From: Candidatus Jorgensenbacteria bacterium RIFCSPLOWO2_01_FULL_45_25b
GTDB taxonomy: Bacteria; Patescibacteriota; Minisyncoccia; UBA6257; GWB1-50-10
Direction: 5' to 3'
Length of the DNA: 57,984 nt
Assembly (NCBI GenBank): GCA_001781035.1
Contig: MFKK01000037.1
Location: 1 to 57,984 of the forward strand
Below, one piece after another: positions 54,188-57,984 of this stretch (positions are counted from its first letter, which is position 1; every line of letters starts with the position of its first letter). The notes under the pieces are model-generated. The model saw only the letters and a program-made list of their open reading frames with translations. It did no database searches and had not been told where the DNA came from. The position numbers and the translations under genes were made by a program.

Positions 54188-54751
54188 ATGATTTTAAAAC
54201 AAAATTTTTTCAATAGGTCGGCGCTTGAGGTCGCTCCGGAGCTTTTGGGGAAGTTTTTGGTTCGGAAGCACAAAGGCAAAACTATTGTTGGCATGATTAG
54301 GGAGGTAGAGGCGTATAACGGGCCTTTTGATAAAGCTTCGCACGCGTCAAAGGGGCGCACGCCGAGAACGGAAATCATGTTTGGTCCGCCCGGATATTTT
54401 TATATTTATTTATGTTATGGCTTTCACTGGATGCTGAATGTTATAACTGGAGAGGAAGGGTATCCGGCGGCAATTTTGATACGAAGTGTTCAATATTTGG
54501 AAGCCGAACTCCCAAATATTGAGGGGCCGGGGAGAGTGACGAAGTTTTTTGGGATTGATGGAAAGTTGAACGGAAAATCCGCCTTCGCTCAAGGCTACAG
54601 CGAGACAAAGCTCGTCTTGCCCGAGAATGGGTTGTGGTTTGAGGATAGAGGCGATGAATTTTCAATGAAGATAAAGAGAGCGCCGCGTATCGGAGTTGCT
54701 TCGGCGGGCAGGGTTTGGAGTAAGAAGCCGTATCGTTTTTTTGTGGACTAA
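54188..54751 (+). CDS. mpg: DNA-3-methyladenine glycosylase (MPG/AAG)
   Basis: LLGK.L, EVEAY, ASH, YIYLCYG.H..LN, AILIR, GPG, RIGV, PYRF. Confidence 0.92.
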   Translation: MILKQNFFNRSALEVAPELLGKFLVRKHKGKTIVGMIREVEAYNGPFDKASHASKGRTPRTEIMFGPPGYFYIYLCYGFHWMLNVITGEEGYPAAILIRSVQYLEAELPNIEGPGRVTKFFGIDGKLNGKSAFAQGYSETKLVLPENGLWFEDRGDEFSMKIKRAPRIGVASAGRVWSKKPYRFFVD

Positions 54752-54800
54752 GTAAAACGTAAAATTTAAGGCATGAAGCGCAAAATAAATTTATAACTTG

Positions 54801-54838
54801 CGTTGCATATTTTCCACGATCGTGGAAAAAGTGCAGCG
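54801..54838. repeat. 38-bp palindrome family A, copy 4
   Basis: CGTTGCATATTTTCCACGATCGTGGAAAAAGTGCAGCG. Confidence 0.93.
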
Positions 54839-55002
54839 TTTTTTTATGTTTCTTTTATATTTCTATGTTTATACTCTTATGTTTATATTTACATGTTTGA
54901 CATGTAAATATAAGAAAAAGCCCGTTAGGAAGACTTTTGATTAAGTATGAAAGAGCCCGCACCTGATGGCACGGGCATTTGGACGAAACAAGAAAAAGCC
55001 CG

Positions 55003-55152
55003 TTAGGAGGGCTTTTGCGCGAGGGGCGCTAGGAGACACACTAGCAACCCCCCGACTAGGGTTGTAAGTCCGGCAAGTTCCAACGCGTCCGCGCGAAATT
55101 CGCCGGCGACCAGCATTACGATTGTTGCTACAAGACATATCGTTAGATACAT
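55003..55152 (-). CDS. Small two-TM membrane protein
   Basis: GAAAGGA RBS; MYLTICLVAT.. hydrophobic. Confidence 0.5.
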   Translation of the reverse strand: MYLTICLVATIVMLVAGEFRADALELAGLTTLVGGLLVCLLAPLAQKPS

Positions 55153-55291
55153 CTTGTTAGTTCCTTTCTTGTTTGACTCTGATTGAGTCACTAGTATCAG
55201 TGTCTTGATTTGTTGCCGATTGTCAATGAGGCGTATGTAAAAGAGCCCGTACTGATGGCACGGACCCTTGGACGAAGCGAGGAGGGTTCTT

Positions 55292-55951
55292 TTACCAACC
55301 CTCTCGCTTTTTTATGTATTGAATGACTTTTCCTGCCGAAACGATATCGCCCTTCGCGTAGTAGCGATTGAGGCGATCTAACTCTCCCTCAAGAGACTCT
55401 AGACGCGTTTGTCCTCCCTCCCCCTGGCTCCATGATGCTTCCTGGAACCACGGGAGTGGCTTGGGGGGGATGGCATAGACGCTGATGGGGCGGTCCCCGA
55501 ACACCGAGATGGTGTTCGTGAACGCTCGCAACAGATGCCCCGTGACGGTGACGACCCCTAGCTTGAACCCAGGTCGATGGGTGTTCTCTATCGCCCAGAA
55601 CGCAAGTTGCAGGGCTTCCGTTCCGGTGTGAGATAAGCCCGCGGGGCGGGGGAGAAGCTCTATCTTCTCATCCGGTACACCGTGGGAGATAAGTTGTTTT
55701 TTCCAGCTTATTCCGCCGGAGTATGCACAGGTAACTTCGTCTCCGGAAGGGAAGTATCGTCCTCCCCCGCAGAGGAGGAGACGAGAGGTGCGTCCCTCTC
55801 GCACCAAAGTAGCTCCGTGTTCTAAGATCGCAATCTCGTTTTCGGGCGTATGCCCGAACAAGTACACTGCGTCTAGTTTTTTCGGAATCGTGTCGTTGTA
55901 CACAAGCATTGTAGCTTGTAACAACTCTAACTCGTTCTCATACCAAAGCAT
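55292..55951 (-). CDS. YdcF/DUF218-like protein
   Basis: GGAGGAG RBS; DAVYLFG, L.CGG, GVP.EKI, HT..EA, VT..GHL.RA. Confidence 0.7.
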   Translation of the reverse strand: MLWYENELELLQATMLVYNDTIPKKLDAVYLFGHTPENEIAILEHGATLVREGRTSRLLLCGGGRYFPSGDEVTCAYSGGISWKKQLISHGVPDEKIELLPRPAGLSHTGTEALQLAFWAIENTHRPGFKLGVVTVTGHLLRAFTNTISVFGDRPISVYAIPPKPLPWFQEASWSQGEGGQTRLESLEGELDRLNRYYAKGDIVSAGKVIQYIKKREGW

Positions 55952-56202
55952 TACAGCTCCTCCACCAGGAAAAAACTAGGTGATAGACCGTCAGGTGCCC
56001 GATTGACGCTAGCACTTATGAAGCATTTTTCGGATAAAATGTCAATAGTAAGGAGTAGTAAACTAAAAATAAATCCCTTTGACCCCGAAAAGCTTTATAT
56101 CGGGGCGGGTAGGCTCCCGCCGGACCCTGCCAGTTGATGGATTTTGCGGGCAAGCAGGGTGAGAAATAGAAAATGAAGAAATGAAAAAAATAACAGAAAT
56201 TA

Positions 56203-56232
56203 ATGTATCACTGTACTAGTACGGTGATACAT
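56203..56232. repeat. Palindrome family D, copy 3
   Basis: ATGTATCACTGTACTAGTACGGTGATACAT. Confidence 0.9.
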
Positions 56233-56348
56233 AAAAATGTAAGTTTTTGCTTTTTGCTATTTTTATACATTTAGTTGAATAAAAAAATGTGTGAGGTTAG
56301 AATGACGGTGGAATTCGGTCTTTAACAACGAACGAGAGAGGAAAGGGA

Positions 56349-56498
56349 ATGAGAATGAGATCTCCTTTGCGGGAGGTTGGCGGATTTTTCGCTTTCCTTC
56401 TTGTAATGTTGGTTTACGGTGTTTCCTGGCTTTTCCATAAGAAAACCAGAGAAAACAGGACTAATGAGGTTCTCGATCGTCTTTATCAGCTTCTCTAA
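56349..56498 (+). CDS. Small single-TM protein (49 aa), below the ORF-track cutoff
   Basis: TTGAAT-17-TAGAAT promoter (56275-56303), purine-rich RBS, MRMRSPLREVGGFFAFLLVMLVYGVSWLF.. Confidence 0.55.
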   Translation: MRMRSPLREVGGFFAFLLVMLVYGVSWLFHKKTRENRTNEVLDRLYQLL

Positions 56499-56515
56499 AG
56501 AGGATGGGGGGATAG

Positions 56516-56686
56516 ATGAGTAGGGTGGGAACTTTCTTACGAACTGTGTTGGGGGTTTTCGTGTTCTTTATTCTTTTCCTGTTTATTCTCGTCCTGTCTT
56601 CAGTTAGTCTACTGGAGACGGGGATTCGTTCGGCATTTCGGCGCGCCAGAGCCTTTCTGGCGCGTGAGGCGCCGGACGATTCGTAG
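56516..56686 (+). CDS. Small single-TM protein (56 aa), below the ORF-track cutoff
   Basis: MSRVGTFLRTVLGVFVFFILFLFILVL..; followed by hairpin GCGGAGGG..CCCTCCGC. Confidence 0.55.
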   Translation: MSRVGTFLRTVLGVFVFFILFLFILVLSSVSLLETGIRSAFRRARAFLAREAPDDS

Positions 56687-56845
56687 TGCGGAGGGTTTAT
56701 CGACCCTCCGCTTTGTATGTGTGGAAGTTTTGGTATTTTTGGTAAATATGTTGTCCTTTAGTTATGTTTAAAAAAATAACTTTATAAAAATATGAAAACA
56801 GCGAGACCTGGGTGGTCGCGCTGTTTTTTTGCCTCTCTCTCATTA

Positions 56846-57043
56846 TCAAGGGATTCTTGTTTTCTCCTCCCATTTTAGTAGCCACCTTTCAAGAAGAAAG
56901 TATGGCCAAAGGAACGTTACGATGATGCTTACGAGTGTCTCTTTGGTCCAGGGAATGTCCTTTTTCCGGAGCTGAAGCGTTGCTCCAACCCCAGTTAAAA
57001 GATAAGAAATCGCCAGGGCTATTAGAATTGCTCTCCAGTTCAT
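56846..57043 (-). CDS. Small two-TM membrane protein
   Basis: AAGGAG RBS; two hydrophobic helices, LWP motif. Confidence 0.55.
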   Translation of the reverse strand: MNWRAILIALAISYLLTGVGATLQLRKKDIPWTKETLVSIIVTFLWPYFLLERWLLKWEEKTRIP

Positions 57044-57167
57044 CTTCTACACTCCTTCTAAAATAGAAGTATATCACTTTTGTTTATTTTGACTAGATTA
57101 TTCACTTCGTTCCGGCTTTTGCCCGTTTGTTGACGGACTACGGACGGGCAGGCAGAATGACACTATT

Positions 57168-57984
57168 ATGAAACTATCAATTGGCATTGTGGGGTTGCCG
57201 AATGTGGGGAAGTCCACGCTTTTTAATGTTTTAACAAAACAGCAGGTTCTGGCGGCGAATTATCCGTTCGCGACGATTGACCCGAATGTGGGGGTTGTGC
57301 CGGTGCCGGACGAACGAGTGGACAGGCTTGCGGAGATGAGCAAGTCCGCGAAGAAGATTCCCGCGGTTGTGGAATTTTATGATATCGCGGGGCTGGTGAA
57401 GGGCGCGAATAAGGGCGAGGGATTGGGGAATCAGTTTTTAACCCATATTCGCGAGACGCAGGCGATTTGCATGGTGCTTCGCGTTTTTTCCTCGTCGGAT
57501 ATTATTCACGTGGAGGGCTCCGTGAATCCTTTGCGGGATTTGGAGATTATTGAAACCGAGCTCGCGCTTAAGGATTTGGAGACGGTGGAGAAGCGTCTTT
57601 CAAAAATTCTTCGGGACGCGAGGACGGGAAATAAAGAGGCGGTGGAGGAGAAGAATATGTTGGAAAAGATATACGCGCTTCTTGAACGGGGAAGGTTTTT
57701 GTCGCATGACTCGGAATTCATATCTCTTATTCACGCGAATAGGCGAATAGTGGAGCAGTTGAATCTTTTAACGGCGAAGGCTCGGATTTTTCTTTTGAAC
57801 GGAGAGGAAAAGAATGTGAGCGAGGAGCTGAGGGTGGCGATTAAGGAGAGGGGCGGTTCGTACGTGATTGCCGATTTATTTGAACGCGAACTTGAGGAGA
57901 CGGGCGTTCCCGAACTTATTCAGAAGGCATACGAGACGCTCGGGCTTATCAGTTTTTTTACAACGGGAGAGGATGAGACGAGGG
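57168..57984 (+). CDS. ychF: Redox-regulated ATPase YchF, 3'-truncated by window edge (absent from the ORF track)
   Basis: MKLSIGIVGLPNVGKSTLFN, NYPFATIDPN, DIAGLVKGA, GEGLGNQFL, FFTTGEDETR. Confidence 0.95.
   Translation, partial: MKLSIGIVGLPNVGKSTLFNVLTKQQVLAANYPFATIDPNVGVVPVPDERVDRLAEMSKSAKKIPAVVEFYDIAGLVKGANKGEGLGNQFLTHIRETQAICMVLRVFSSSDIIHVEGSVNPLRDLEIIETELALKDLETVEKRLSKILRDARTGNKEAVEEKNMLEKIYALLERGRFLSHDSEFISLIHANRRIVEQLNLLTAKARIFLLNGEEKNVSEELRVAIKERGGSYVIADLFERELEETGVPELIQKAYETLGLISFFTTGEDETR

Overview
Chromosomal segment of a small-genome bacterium. Gene content and style suggest Patescibacteria/CPR (Parcubacteria-like, code 11); this is an inference. The housekeeping backbone includes htpX, pyrH, purQ/purL/purM, uppS, dnaG-rpoD-alaS, obgE, pyrF/pyrE, dnaX, mpg and ychF. 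It is interrupted by four mobile features. (1) An ~8.8 kb serine-recombinase island in tRNA-Ser(GGA) carries a caspase-protease/Ski2-like helicase fusion plus a HEPN-like gene. The recombinase C-terminus would be swapped on excision. (2) A small GIY-YIG element with inverted repeats is inserted at the 5' end of tRNA-Pro(TGG). (3) An IS481-family element has a 5-bp target duplication and a nonsense mutation. (4) A complete diversity-generating retroelement (target/VR, TR with 20 of 20 mismatches at adenines, an inverted avd, and RT) sits inside a decayed ~3.2 kb recombinase island in tRNA-Gln(TTG). Intergenic DNA, and several core genes, also carry multiple families of dispersed palindromes and 7-nt tandem repeats. 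One 38-bp palindrome family flanks a wHTH/Cas2-like (PaaX-like) gene. All calls come from reading motifs by eye; no database searches were run.
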